A DNA stretch of 63,918 nucleotides, the filler included, from Octopus bimaculoides (taxonomy: Eukaryota), in assembly GCF_001194135.2 (NCBI RefSeq). It is 5 parts of 5 records of this genome, joined end to end, with 100 filler letters (N's around TTAATTAATTAA, not from the genome) between each part and the next. Parts side by side here need not be neighbours in the genome. Positions count along the whole stretch, not along the records: positions 13,708 to 22,880 come from NC_068994.1; positions 22,981 to 45,919 come from NC_068987.1; 3 more parts are not named here. One strand, given 5' to 3'. The position numbers and the translations under genes were made by a program. The notes under the pieces were generated by a model, which was not told the origin of the DNA, did not search any database, and was given only the letters and a program-made list of their open reading frames with translations. This document shows, one piece after another, positions 13,796 through 26,343 of the stretch; position 1 is the first letter of the stretch, and every line of letters starts with the position of its first letter.

Positions 13796-14216
13796 ATTAT
13801 AATTATAATTATCATTATATACTATATGTATGTATGTATACACACACTTCTATTTATCAGCAAAATAATACCTGTTCTATCAATCTGGCTGTTTGTCTTG
13901 AAAACAATTAATTTTTTTAATGTTTTTTTTTTGTTTGTTATATATATAATTATTTACTAATATTGCTATCTCAATGTCTTGCAATTTTTATTATTTGTGT
14001 TTTTTTTCTTTATTATTTATTTTGCTTTGCATTGGCTGCTCCAAGATATTGTCACATTCAAAAAACAACAAAAAAAGTCAGAAAAGAACATGCTGTAGCG
14101 TCATGTAATGCTATATAAAAGTCTTGTGTGTGTAAAGTAATGCCTGGACCATATATATCTGTATATATTTGTATATTTACTTAGTAGTAGTAGTAGTAGT
14201 AGTAATATTAGTATTA

Positions 14217-14436
14217 AGGCAGTGAGCTGGTAGAATCATTAGCATGCCGGGCAAAATTCTTAGTGGCATTTCATCTGTCTTCTGAGATCAAATTCCACCA
14301 ACGTTGACTTTGCCTTTCATCCTTTTGGGGGTCGTTAAAATAAGTACTAGTTGAACACTGGGGTCAATGTAATCGACTCATCTCCTTCCTCAAAATTGCT
14401 GCCCTTGTGGAAAAATTTGAAACCATTATTATTATT
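14217..14436 (+). mobile_element. SINE family B, near full length, (ATT)n tail
   Basis: Head gtgagctggtagaatcattagc; B-box-like gagatcaaattcc; tail ttgtggaaaaatttgaaacc(att)n. Confidence 0.85.
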
Positions 14437-14700
14437 GAGTGATAGAGCAGTGCATGCCATCAAAGTGACACGGGGGTAAAATATACGAAACCCATTATAC
14501 CCATCTGATAAGGGTACACCAGGCACATGCATCACAACCATATGTGCGCGACATGGTGGTCTCATATCAAGATAAACAGCGCATGACCTCGCAGGTGGGG
14601 CCCAGTTAGAATTTTCTTCAGGTCGAGTAGCCCATCCCACTCAAAAGGTCCCTGAATAAGGTTTGTTTAAGGATGTTGAGCGAAACACCCATGTTTCCAA
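14437..14700 (-). mobile_element. Probable LINE 3' UTR fragment ending in (AAT)n, tail-to-tail with SINE B
   Basis: GC-richer block ending on the minus strand in ctctatcactc(aat)n. Family unassigned. Confidence 0.45.
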
Positions 14701-15974
14701 TTCAATAAATTTTGATTTTATACAGGTATAATTTCAGCTGTCTTATAGGTCCAATGTATAGACTTGGTGTAAACTTTATTAAGTCCATATGCTTTGAATC
14801 CAGCTCCATACTACGTAAAGTGTAGTTGTCATGTCAAAAATGAAGCTAGCTTTGTTCAGTGTCATTATAGAGAGAAGAAAATGTGTGTATGTGTGTGTAA
14901 AAATATTTGTATGCATGTGCATATATGTATGTACATGTCTATGCATTTATGCATATATGCTCTTGTGTGTGTGTGTACCTATGTATGTATGCTTATGTGC
15001 TTGTGTTTAAAATATATGCATATGTATATGATGATGATGATATGTATATATATTTGTGTGTGTATATGCATGTATGTGCATGGATATATTCCAGATGCTG
15101 AACTGCTCCATATTTCTTTTAATATTTCCCTTTTTTTTTCTAGATTATTCTCGTATGCTTTCTGTTATTATTTTCCATCGATATAATCTTATTTCTGTTT
15201 TAGCTTTCATTGTCTTTTTAGCCACATTGTTTGTCTGTTATTTTTTACATGAATTTTTATGTAACAACTTTTATTGACTTTTCTTTTTCTTACATTTAAA
15301 AAAAAGTTTTTCACAAAAATTAATTTTTCTGGTCCCAGAGAAATTTCTCTAATTTCCAGGGAAAGTAACAAAAGAAAATTGTTTGAAAAACAATGAAATC
15401 CAAGTTTCTTTTTTCTTGTTTAGTACATGAAGTGTCTTTCACACAAACATAAATACATGTATATGCATACACATATGATCATGCTTACATATACAAACAT
15501 ACATACAGATACACACATGTATATATATGCCCATTCATTTATTTGTCCATTAATGATGAAATGTATATATATATATATATATATATATAGATATGCAGGG
15601 CAGGGAATCGTCAATTAGTAATAAAATTAATAAAATTAATAATTATCGCTATCAATTTAGAGTAAAATTTGTAGTTTTGGAATCAGTAGTTCTTTGGCTG
15701 CTATCTCTGAATTCTCAGTATGTTGGAGAAGCAGGTTACTGTCAATCCCTATATATTTATGATATANNNNNNNNNNNNNNNNNNNNNNNNNNNNNNNNNN
15801 NNNNNNNNNNNNNNNNNNNNNNNNNNNNNNNNNNNNNNNNNNNNNNNNNNNNNNNNNNNNNNNNNNNNNNNNNNNNNNNNNNNNNNNNNNNNNNNNNNNN
15901 NNNNNNNNNNNNNNNNNNNNNNNNNNNNNNNNNNNNNNNNNNNNNNNNNNNNNNNNNNNNNNNNNNNNNNNNNN

Positions 15975-16267
15975 CGAGCGAGATCGTTGCCAGTGCCCCT
16001 GTACTGGCTCTTGTGCATTTGGCACATAAAATACACCATTTTGAGCGTGGTCGTTGCCAGTACCGCCTGACTGGCCTTCGTGCGGGTGACATGTAAAAGC
16101 ACCCACTACACTCTCTGAGTGGTTGGCGTTAGGAAGGGCATCCAGCCGTAGAAACTCTGCCAAATCAGGTTGGAGCCTGGTGTAGCCATCTGGTTTCACC
16201 AGTCCTCAGTCAAATCGTCCAACCCATGCTAGCATGGAAAGTGAATGTTAAACGATGATGATGATAT
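15975..16267 (+). mobile_element. 3' end of a non-LTR retroposon (RTE-like) with (GAT)n tail
   Basis: Near-identical to 58751-59097 and to the reverse copy at 22170-22290. Ends acccatgctagcatggaaag..gttaaac(gat)n. Confidence 0.75.
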
Positions 16268-16895
16268 ATATATATGTATGTATGTCAGACATGACAAACA
16301 CATGCTCCATAGGCTGCATGTGGCCCTTTTCAAACACAAGTCTGGCCCATCAGTTATGTAACTAGAGGCTTAAAAATGAGGAACCTCAAAAGCTTTTAAT
16401 AATTTAAGTAATTAATATTAATTTGATTAATAAAAATAGGATTATTAATGAGCAAATAAAAGGTTTTAAAATATTTTTACTTAATGATAAAGAATTGATA
16501 TGATAAAATCTAAAATTATGATCACTGTCTCGTTGTAGATCTAGTAACTTTGCACTTGTTTATAACACATTCCAGCTAGTACCTGTGTATGCTGCAGATA
16601 TGGCCTCCATTATAACCCGATTTTATTTGGGTCTACTCGGGCCACATTTTAAAGATGAGGAATTTTGCCCTAGAGGCCACGCCTTTCAATTGAGCAAAAC
16701 TCAAAGTTGCTGTGCAAACTCCCCAGCACTTTTAACATAGGTGTGCAAATTTTCAGGTCATTCCAACTATGTTTACTAACACATTTGCCAGCACAACTGC
16801 TTGTAAGACAACATCCAAACTTTTCACAAATATATAGCATATATATATATATATATATATATACTTTATTTAAAAGCAGCAGAAATATAACAAAA

Positions 16896-16941
16896 AAAAC
16901 CGTTACTCTGAGTTTCACGTTCCCGTTCATCGGACAGTTTT
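16896..16941 (-). ncRNA. Minimal type I hammerhead ribozyme-like motif with U4C core variant
   Basis: Minus strand AAAACTGT-CCGATGA-ACG(GGAA)CGT-GAA-ACTC(A)GAGT-A-ACGGTTTT: 8-bp stem I, 3-bp stem II with GNRA loop, palindromic stem III. Confidence 0.7.
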
Positions 16942-17277
16942 GTTATATANNNNNNNNNNNNNNNNNNNNNNNNNNNNNNNNNNNNNNNNNNNNNNNNNNN
17001 NNNNNNNNNNNNNNNNNNNNNNNNNNNNNNNNNNNNNNNNNNNNNNNNNNNNNNNNNNNNNNNNNNNNNNNNNNNNNNNNNNNNNNNNNNNNNNNNNNNN
17101 NNNNNNNNNNNNNNNNNNNNNNNNNNNNNNNNNNNNNNNNNNNNNNNNNNNNNNNNNNNNNNNNNNNNNNNNNNNNNNNNNNNNNNNNNNNNNNNNNNNN
17201 NNNNNNNNNNNNNNNNNNNNNNNTATATATATATATGTATGTGCATATATGTATGTATATTTGTATGTATATGTATG

Positions 17278-17310
<33 letters not shown>

Positions 17311-18333
17311 ATATATATATATATATATATGTATGTGTATATATATATATATATATGTATGTGTATATATATATATAATGTAAGTGTGTGTATATATATA
17401 TATATGTATGTATATATATATGTATATATAGATAGATACATACATACACAAAACACACATACCTACATATATGTACTTCGCTTTTGCATGTGGTTTGCAA
17501 GATTCCTCATGTGTTGAAACTCTGTTATTGAAGTCCATTGACAAGGTTGCAAAAGCAAAGAAAATTTTGAGAAAGAAGTATAACACATGAGTGGAAATCA
17601 AATTGGTGAGTGTGTTAGATATGAAGGCATTAAGGCAGTATGACTCTCCCCAGACACAACAAAAGCCACACATACATTCATATGCACTATGCACACATGC
17701 ACACTCACACTTATTCCTCTAAAAAGCATTTTGCTGCACAGTAAAACAAACCATATTTAATTTTGCAAAGTAGTGATTAATGGGTTAATTATATTATATA
17801 TATTGATTAATTCTTAATTGATTGATTGATTCATCTGATTTGTTTTGAATCTTTTTTTTTTTTTCCCTCGTTCTGTTGTTTAATGAATTTCTCATCCTTT
17901 GTGGTTCTTCTTCTGGATTATTTTTTTCCAGCTTCCCGAACATCATAGTATAACCGAGATGATGGTTAGTCTTGTATATACCGTCCATCTTTTTTGCTGG
18001 CATTTCTTCTCTTTGTTTTTCATCTTTAAATTGTCTGCTCTAATACCTCGGTCATTGTGCTTTCCGAGTTTACGGCTTTTTTTTCTTTTGTTTGTTTGTT
18101 TACAAACTTATTTTTTTCGTTCCTCATCTGCTATATATTTCTTCCTCTCTATTTGTTAGTTCATTTCTGTTATCCTTTTTTTTTTTTTTTTTTTACACTT
18201 TTGAAGTTGCACCCAGCTTAATTCTTTTTGGCAGCTGCTAAAATTCAGTCTTTTATTTATTGTTTTTGTTCTTCTTGTTGTTGTTGCCTTTTAGTTGATG
18301 TGTTTATATTATTATTATTATTACTATCATTAT

Positions 18334-19383
18334 GGTGCTGGTGTGCTGGCAGAAGCGTTAGCATGCTGGGTGAAATGCTTAGCGGCATCTTTATGTTACC
18401 AGTTCAAAATCTGCTATAGTCGACTTTACCTTTCAGCCTTTCGAGGTTGATGAAATAAGTACCAGTTATGCACTGGGGTTGATGTAATCAACTAGTTCCT
18501 CCTCCAAAATTTCAAGCCTTGTGCCTATAATTATCATTATTATTATTATTAGGGTAGCAAGCTGGCTGAATCATTAACACACTGGGTAAAATGCTAAGCA
18601 ACATTTTGTCCATCATCATGTTCTGAGTTCAAATTCTGCCAAGACCAGTTTTGCCTTTTATCCTCTCAGAGTTAATAAAATAAGTACCAGTTCAAAATCA
18701 TTATGGTGGTGGGCTGGCAGACTCGTTAGCATGCCAGGTAAAATGCTTAGCAGCTTTTCATCTGTCCTTAGGTTCTGAGTTCAAATTCTGCCAATAGTGA
18801 CTTTGGCTTTGCCTTTCATCCTTTTGGGGTTGGCAAAATAAGTACCAGTTCAGTGCTGGGGTCAATGTAATCAACTTATCCCTCCCTTGAAATTGCTGGC
18901 CTTGTGCCAAAATTTGAAACTATTATTATTACCATCATCATCAAGATGGCAAGCTGGCAGAATCGTTAGCACGCTTGGCAAAATGCTTACCAGCATTTTG
19001 TCTGTCCTTACATTCTGAGTTCAAATTCTGCCGAGGTTGACTCTGCCTTTCATCCCTTCGGGGTTGATAAATTAAGTACCAATGAAACACTGGAGTTGAT
19101 GTAATCGATTAGTCCCCTACCCCCAAATTTCAGACCTTGTGCCTTTAGTAGAAAGGATTATTATTATTATTATTATGATAGTATGACAGAATTGTTAGAA
19201 TATTTGACTCTGAGTTTGAGTTCTGAGTTCAAATTTGTCTGTGGTCAAGCTTATCTTTTATCTTTCCTGGTTTAAAAGAAATAAGTACCAGTCATGTACT
19301 GGTGCCAGTTAATCTGATTAGATCCCACACCAAATTTCAGGACTTTTTGTATGTCTTCGTTAGTTCAAATTATTGTTGTTATT
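18334..19383 (+). mobile_element. Head-to-tail array of five diverged SINE B copies
   Basis: Units at ~18334-18550, 18551-18692, 18704-18929, 18943-19175 and 19176-19383. Each has an aataagtaccag/ttaagtaccaa core, four also have gagttcaaatt, and most end in (ATT)n. Confidence 0.9.
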
Positions 19384-19675
19384 AATGTTGCTTTTCTGTT
19401 ATTGAATTATGTTTTCAGTCTTTGAAACTTGATGAATTTATTGATCTGATTGTGATCAATACTGTTAGATTTATTGATCCTGTTGCAATCAATACTAAAT
19501 ATCATCACATCTGATCTGTGATGCCACCTTCAGTTTGTGATGTGCTCTCTTTCGCTGCACATCTGTGAAATAACTTTTGATTTCACATAGTTCTCATGTT
19601 CTCTAATTACAGGAAAACAAAACTTTAAAAAAATTTTATTTTTATTTATTATTATCTCTTTCTTTTTTTTTTACA

Positions 19676-20050
19676 GGCAGTGATGTGTGTGGTTAAAAAT
19701 TATACTTTGCAATCCCATGGTTTTGGGTTCAGTCCCATTGCATGGCATCTTGGTCAAGTGAGCTGACTTATGCATTGTAGGTTAATTTGGTAAATGGAAA
19801 CTGTGCAGAAACCTATTATATGGGCATGTGTGTGTGTGTGTATGTGTTTGAGTTTGTTTCACCACTAAATAACAGTTTAAGTCCCTCTGTAACTGAGCAG
19901 TTTAACAAAAGAGTGAGCAATATAAAGGGTAGCAGAATCTCCATTAGTACCAGGGGCAGGTGTAATTGAGTAAACCCTTTCAAGGCTGTGACCCAGCATG
20001 ACCACAGTCCAGTGAGTGAAAACAAGTAAAAGACAAACATGAATAAAAGA
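19676..20050 (+). mobile_element. Degenerate full-length SINE A
   Basis: Head gggttcagtccc; tail gaaaacaagtaaaaga; collinear with 53372-53800. Confidence 0.75.
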
Positions 20051-20168
20051 GCAGCAATAATGAGAGCTTGTTGGCACAGGAGTTAGCGTGCGCATAGGGT
20101 TTTCTCTTGATTTGTGACATATCTTTCAATTTATGACACACTTTTAATCAATGATCTAAGGGTGGTGT

Positions 20169-20554
20169 TTTGTTGGCACTCCGTCACTTACGACGTCGAG
20201 GGTTCCAGTTGATCCGATCAACGGAACAGCCTGCTCCTGAAATTAATGTGCAAGTGGCTGAGCACTCCACAGACACGTGTACCCTTAACGTAGTTCTCGG
20301 GGAGATTCACCGTGACACAGTGTGTGACAAGGCTGACCCTTTGAATTACAGGCACAACAGAAACAGGAAGTAAGAGTGAGAGAAAGTTGTGGTGAAAGAG
20401 TACAGCAGGGTTCGCCAACATCCCCTGCTGGAGCCTCGTGGAGCTTTTAGGTGTTTTCGCTCAATAAACACTCACAACGCCCGGTCTGGGAATCGAAACC
20501 ACGATCCTATGACTGTGAGTCCGCTGCCCTAACCACTGGGCCATTGCGCCTCCA
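20169..20554 (-). mobile_element. Full-length tRNA-derived SINE family C with 13-bp TSD
   Basis: TSD ctaagggtggtgt at 20156-20168 and 20555-20567. A box TGGCCCAGTGG, B box GGTTTCGATTCCC. 3' end ..gacggagtgccaac. Confidence 0.93.
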
Positions 20555-20624
20555 CTAAGGGTGGTGTAAACAGTACAAAAAAAATGCTGATCTCAAGTGG
20601 AATAAATACTAATATCTTGTAATC

Positions 20625-20911
20625 AGGTGAAGGAACATGGTCTGGGGATTAGCAGATTCAGCTCATATTCTTTAGGCCTTCGTTTGATTCTCAAACTAGA
20701 TGATGCATTTTATGACCTTGAGCAAGGCTCTTTATTTCACATTTCTCTGGTCTACTCAAGTGAAAGTGAGTACCGGTGTTTACCTAAGGGTTAACCCTGC
20801 AATGAACTGGTGCTCCATTCAAAGAAGGAGTTTTGTACTCAATTACATAAATACTTCAGGAACCCAGCTCAGCTCTGGCCTCATGGGTCTGTGGGCTCAA
20901 GCTAGACTTTG
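20625..20911 (+). mobile_element. Old CORE-type SINE
   Basis: tgaccttgagcaaggctctttatttcaca resembles the CORE segment; followed by aaccctgcaatgaactgg. Strongly diverged. Confidence 0.55.
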
Positions 20912-21029
20912 GTATGAGGATATTTGGGGCACCTGAGAGAAACTTTCCAGGTGTGGAATATACTCTTACAACAGGTGGCCTTTTCTGGTGCCAACCCCTA
21001 CTTGTTTACAAGTAAGGTACCTTATTCAA

Positions 21030-21350
21030 GATTTTCATGCATTGAACTGGTCAGTAGGAGTATAAACAAAGTCAACCCTTGCTGAACTAGTACTCAATCA
21101 CATTGCTCCTGGAACTTTTGGAGATTCCCGTACTCATTCTATTGCTCACTCTTTTGCTGAACTGCTAAGTTACAGGGAGACTTAAACATACACATACACA
21201 CATCAGACTTCCACACAGTGTCTGTCTACCAAATTTCATGCACAAGGCATTGTTCAATCTGAGTCTAACATTTGCCCTAGTTGTCACAAACTGAGATTGA
21301 ACCCAGAATGACTTTGTTACATACCAAACTTCTTAACCACACAACCATGC
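21030..21350 (-). mobile_element. Degenerate SINE A
   Basis: gctgaactgctaagttacaggg; ctaccaaatt; gattgaaccc; ttcttaaccacacaacc. Confidence 0.7.
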
Positions 21351-21488
21351 TTGGAAATCTTTTTTGTTTTCATGTATCTATTTAATTTTGATAAACTTTA
21401 GATAACAATGCACTTTCAAACTGTGACTCATCAATTGAAAGAGAGAGATATATTATTTAATGTTTTTACTACCAAATTGCCTGAAAAC

Positions 21489-21716
21489 TTAACCCTTTAA
21501 CATTTAGATTACTCTGTCAAATATAATGCTTATTAATTCACATTATTTTGAATTAATCATGCCTTGTCTCATAGTTTCGTTATTTCGATGATGTGATTGT
21601 TTATTTTTAGAAAGACATTGTAGGGTAGGTTTGAGAGGCCAGATCTGGCTAGTTTGAACATAAAATATGTAGAATATTTGGGCTGGATATAGCCAGTTTA
21701 AATGATAAAGGGTTAA
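21489..21716. mobile_element. piggyBac-type MITE
   Basis: TTAA at both ends; terminal inverted repeats ttaaccctttaacattta / taaatgataaagggttaa (one mismatch in 18). Confidence 0.85.
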
Positions 21717-22135
21717 ATTCAACTCACAGGCTGATATATAATTTACTATATGAAAGTTAATGATGAGATTTCACTTATTATTCAGTATCATTCATTAAAG
21801 AAAATTTTTTTTAATTTTTAAGTTATTTATTTCACTAAAACCCTCTTACAATTCTTTTATTATTTTGAAAACCAGAGATGTACTATCAATAGAAATACAA
21901 CCATGAAAGAGTTAAACCTCTGATATAATAATAATTTGCTGTGACACATCTTAAATAATCTGTCCTTTTTGTTTCTTTTTACTTTTAATTATGCATATGT
22001 TTTTTTAAAAATTTTGTACATGTACATATATATATCTATGTATATATACATATATATATATGATATGCTTTTTATCTTATGCATATGTTGAGTTTTTTAC
22101 AACTATAATATTTTTGTATGTTTTATGTGTATGTG

Positions 22136-22169
<34 letters not shown>

Positions 22170-22172
<3 letters not shown>

Positions 22173-22290
22173 TCATCATCATCATCATCATCGTTCAACG
22201 TCTGCTTTCCATGCTAGCATGGGTTGGACAATTTGACTGAGGACTGGTGAAACCAGATGGCTACACCAGGTTCCAATCTGATTTGGCAGA
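22170..22290 (-). mobile_element. RTE-like retroposon 3' end fragment
   Basis: (cat)n cgttcaacgtctgctttccatgctagcatgggtt..., the reverse complement of the 16170-16267 tail. Confidence 0.8.
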
Positions 22291-22559
22291 ATATTTATAT
22301 ATATATATAATGGTGTATGTTTTATATATATATATATGTATATATATATAATATTGGGTATATATATATAATATTGGGTATATATATATTATTATGTATG
22401 AATATCATTGTAAGTATATATAAATGTGTGTATTATAATACATCTGTATATTATAATACATATGTTTTATAATACAAACATACATATTATAATACATATA
22501 TATTATATGATGATGACACTGCTTCCCCCTTCCCCAGGCTACAGGCCCACACCCCCAAT

Positions 22560-22880
22560 ACCCATACTGTTAGGATTTGCTCTCTCAATGTCGGCACGCT
22601 GAAAGGTAGATCTGGTGAAATTGTTGAGATGCTTGAATGGAAACGCGTAGATATGTGCTGCATCCAGGAAGTAAGATGGAGAGGAGGTTCTGCGAGGTTC
22701 CTCACAGGCAAAGAACACAGGTACAAGATTTTCTGGGCAGGGAACACTGACGGGGTCGGGGGCGTAGGAATACTTCTAGCGGAGAAATGGGTGGATAAGG
22801 TAATCGAGGTCGTTAGAGTAAGTGACAGAGTACTTAAGATCAGACTAGTGCTTCATCATAGATTAGCTACTGTCATCTCA
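22560..22880 (+). pseudogene. RTE-clade LINE apurinic endonuclease (APE) N-terminal fragment
   Basis: Translation RICSLNVGTLKGRSGEIVEMLEWKRVDMCCIQEVRWRGGSARF..GVGILL..DRVLKIRL contains APE motifs (N, QE). Truncated by a gap. Confidence 0.9.
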
Positions 22881-22983
22881 NNNNNNNNNNNNNNNNNNNN
22901 NNNNNNNNNNNNNNNNNNNNNNNNTTAATTAATTAANNNNNNNNNNNNNNNNNNNNNNNNNNNNNNNNNNNNNNNNNNNNATA

Positions 22984-23016
<33 letters not shown>

Positions 23017-23237
23017 ATATACGTATAGATGTAAGTATATACATATACGTATGTATACATGCATATACTGTTGTGTCTGGGGAGAGTCATTTTCTTATTG
23101 TGCCTAAAAATTTAACACACTCACTGGTAAAATTTCCACTTATTTCTTATTTTTATTTTCCTAAAATTTTCGTTGCATCTTGCAACCTTTTCAATAGTCT
23201 TGACACACCCTGCATATTTTTGTGCATGTGCGTATAT

Positions 23238-23600
23238 AGACGTGTATATGAACATATTTGTGCTCGTGTGGGTATATATATGTGTTTGTGTGCATGGGTG
23301 CGGGTATGTATATGTATACATGTATATGGTTGCATATATATGTATACATATAGGTGTGTGTGTATATGTGTGTGTGTTTCACGCGTGTGTGAGTGAGCAT
23401 ATATAGCATATGCGTATTTTAGACGTGTATATGAATATAATTGTGCGCGTATGGGTATGTGTACATGTGTGTGTGTGCGTGTGTGCGGATATGTACATGT
23501 GTACATGTGTATGGTTGCATATATATGTGCACATATAGGCGTGTGTCCGGATATGCATGTATGTGTTTCACGCGAGCGTGAGTGAGCATATGCACATAGG
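23238..23600. repeat. Degenerate TG/TA-rich ~180-bp tandem duplication
   Basis: agacgtgtatatgaa...tgtttcacgcg..gtgagtgagcatat occurs twice. Confidence 0.75.
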
Positions 23601-23813
23601 CACATGTACGTAGGTGTGCGTGCGCGCACGTGTATGTATGTACATGAGCGCATACGCGAATTCTATGAGCGTTTTTTTACTTTCTCCCCTTCGGGTTTTT
23701 TTCCCTTTATTTAACGGTCATTCTAATAGCTCTTTTGTTTGTTTTAATAATGGTCATTTACATAGTACTTTCCCTTTGTTTAACGCTCATTTTCATAGCA
23801 TTTTTGTTTGTCT

Positions 23814-23870
23814 TAACTGACGAGATGCCGGAGCAGATTTCCGCCCCGACATCTGAAACTCGGAGTTTTA
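23814..23870 (+). ncRNA. Hammerhead-like motif upstream of the PLE ORF
   Basis: TAA-CTGACGA-GATGCCGG..CCGACATC-T-GAA-ACTC(G)GAGT-T-TTA. Core intact, stem I only 3 bp, extra U before GAAA. Confidence 0.6.
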
Positions 23871-24082
23871 TTACGGCAACCGAATAATTGTCACATATTA
23901 TATTACAGATGAATTCCTCTATTTGCATAATATCGAGGTCTCATTCATTCTTTTGTTGTCATACTATTACTATTAATAAATTACCTCCCGTACACCGCAA
24001 TCTTTCCCTAAAAGCTCATACAGCTTGTTTTGAAAAATCGCCATAAATTGGTTGAGCACTCTGCCCCGCAGAAGAATTCAAT

Positions 24083-25030
24083 ATGGACGCCTACAACATC
24101 GATTATTCGATGGAAAACATATCTATATCATCCAGAGAACTATACTCTAAGAAACTTTTGGAGAAAATTACAGACCTTATTAAGCATATGAGATGGAAAG
24201 CCTTCTTTTACAACATGGAAGAGGCTACTACAGAGAACATATTTTATGGAATTTAATCAAAGAAATTCCCTCCAAAAATCAAAAGCCTGGAAGACTTCGA
24301 AGCAGACCTACTGAAGCCCATGAACAAAATAAAATTTCGTAAGTCTTTTAACACTGTCTAACAGAAACTGGAAAAAGATATCAAATACATGAAGAGTTCC
24401 AAAAAAAACGGCACTTTTTTTCTGATAAAACCAATACCTTGTAGAAAACAGCACATACTCACGACTTCTACATAAGAACATTATTAATAATTACACTAAA
24501 GCTAGACCACAAGTTTATAACGAAATTAATAAAGAAGCTAGCATCATTGCCGCCAGACTTTAATTTGATTAAAAAAAAATAGAGGTCCTTCCAAAAAAAG
24601 AGGCCTTTATAACTATTAAAGACCATAAAAAGAACTTCCTATCTAATTCTAAATGTAGGCTTATTAACCCAGAAAAATCAGAAATTGGTATTATTAGTAA
24701 AGAAATTTTAGGAAAAATCAATGCGAAAGTCAGAAATGCTACTAGGTTAGTACAATGGTCCAATTGTATAGAAGTCATTGACTGGTTTAAAGCCACAAGG
24801 AATAAAAATAAAGCGAGATTTATACAATTTGATATTGTAGATTTCTATGCTTCTATCTCTAAGGAGATGCTAGATAAAGCCCTCACCTTCGCAAGTGAAT
24901 ATATAGAAATTAGTACACAAGATAAGGACATAATCTTGCATGCTAGAAAGACTACGGATACAGAGGGTGCTTTCGATGTGAGCATGGGGTTATATGATGG
25001 AGCAGGCATATGCGATCTCATTTGAATAAT
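24083..25030 (+). pseudogene. Penelope-like element reverse transcriptase (frameshifted, truncated)
   Basis: Translated pieces MDAYNIDYSMENISI..KHMRWKAFF; AFITIKDHKKNF..CRLINPEKSEIG..; QFDIVDFYASIS; FDVSMGLYDGAGICDL. These match PLE RT motifs (DIxxFYPSI, MGSYDGAExCEL). Confidence 0.9.
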
Positions 25031-25359
25031 CCTATTCGATACTCCCAGCCGATGTTCGGAAACGAGCAACTCTGAGTACTGAAAGTCGGAGCCTTTTAGT
25101 TATAATGCATTACATATAGATTAGTTACAGGATTCATTAGAATCCAGGTGCATCAACGTGTAGAACGCCAGAACTGGTTAGATAGCATAACATAGGGTTC
25201 ACGGTATGGCAAAAAACAAACAAACATAAGGTATCATTCGTTGGTATTATGCCGCTGGTGTGTAGATATTTAAGTGCTAAATCTAATTTAAATCATAGAT
25301 CCGACTCAGGGTTGGTTCCCGGTGCGACGTAGGTATAAAAGAACCACAAACGGGATTTT

Positions 25360-25446
25360 AAATTTACTACAGCTGTTTCGGTAGAATATTATTGAGGCAT
25401 TCATAGATTACATCATAGCATAAATCCATCGTCTTCAGGTAAATTT
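25360..25446 (-). ncRNA. Hammerhead-like motif with long, degenerate stem II
   Basis: Minus strand AAATTTAC-CTGAAGA-(~51 nt)-GAA-ACAGCTGT-A-GTAAATTT: perfect 8-bp stem I, palindromic stem III. Confidence 0.65.
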
Positions 25447-25833
25447 TGAACAAGTATAAACAGGCAAGGTAAAACTTTAAGCATGACCTATTCCTCAAAC
25501 AACGTAATCAATAAGTGTTATTAAAAAAAAAATACAGAGCATTCGAATTTATAGAGAAATAGAAGTATAACGGGTATTCTAGCAGTAAAGAGGTCAAAAG
25601 AACCCTATTATTTCACATAATTGTCTTAATTACTTTATAGCCATAACCTGCTAAGAAACAGGTAGGCTGTAGCAGCCAAAACAAATCTAAAAAAATAACT
25701 TGTCAATTAAATGAGATAGAGGAAGCAGACCAAATGGTCTTTGGAGTGTATGCCTAGTATTATTATTTTAATTGTGGTTGAATATAATCGACCCTATACT
25801 GAGGAGGCAACTATAGCTACCTTTAAGTGTATT

Positions 25834-25864
<31 letters not shown>

Positions 25865-25879
25865 NNNNNNNNNNCAATA

Positions 25880-25925
25880 TCTGTGTACCAATGGTTTCTG
25901 GGTTATTTCTCTTCATCAGCACAGA
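25880..25925 (-). ncRNA. Minimal hammerhead motif
   Basis: Minus strand TCTGTG-CTGATGA-AGAGAAATAACCCA-GAA-ACCA(T)TGGT-A-CACAGA: perfect 6-bp stem I; stem II has mismatches. Confidence 0.7.
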
Positions 25926-26160
25926 ATAATCGCGTGGCTAAAGATGGCGACACTAGTTCTTGTTCGAAGTATATACTTTTCAAAATGACACACAGTTACT
26001 GATTTCCTAACTAGAAAAACTATTAGTTCTAAATCTCCGAAAGAGAAGCATGCAACAAAAGTAAAGTTTATTTGCCAACGTAAAGTGGTAGTCGTGATTA
26101 GGACAAATCTTACTGCATTATTTCCAGCTGGCTCGTCCTAGTGGGGACACTAGCTCCCTT

Positions 26161-26308
26161 CATTATTTACATTATTTACATTTGACGGATATTTGTCCTC
26201 ATCTTCTTTGTTAATAACACAACGTTTCGGCTAATGCACCCTCCAGCCTTCATCAGGTGTCTTGGGGAAATTTCGAACCTGGGTTCTCATTCCTGAGGTA
26301 CTTTTCGA

Positions 26309-26343
<35 letters not shown>

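Noticed and set aside
18334-19383. Regularly spaced repeats as a possible CRISPR-like array
   Set aside because: Eukaryotic context; the units are ~200-bp diverged SINEs with no repeat-spacer architecture and no cas genes.
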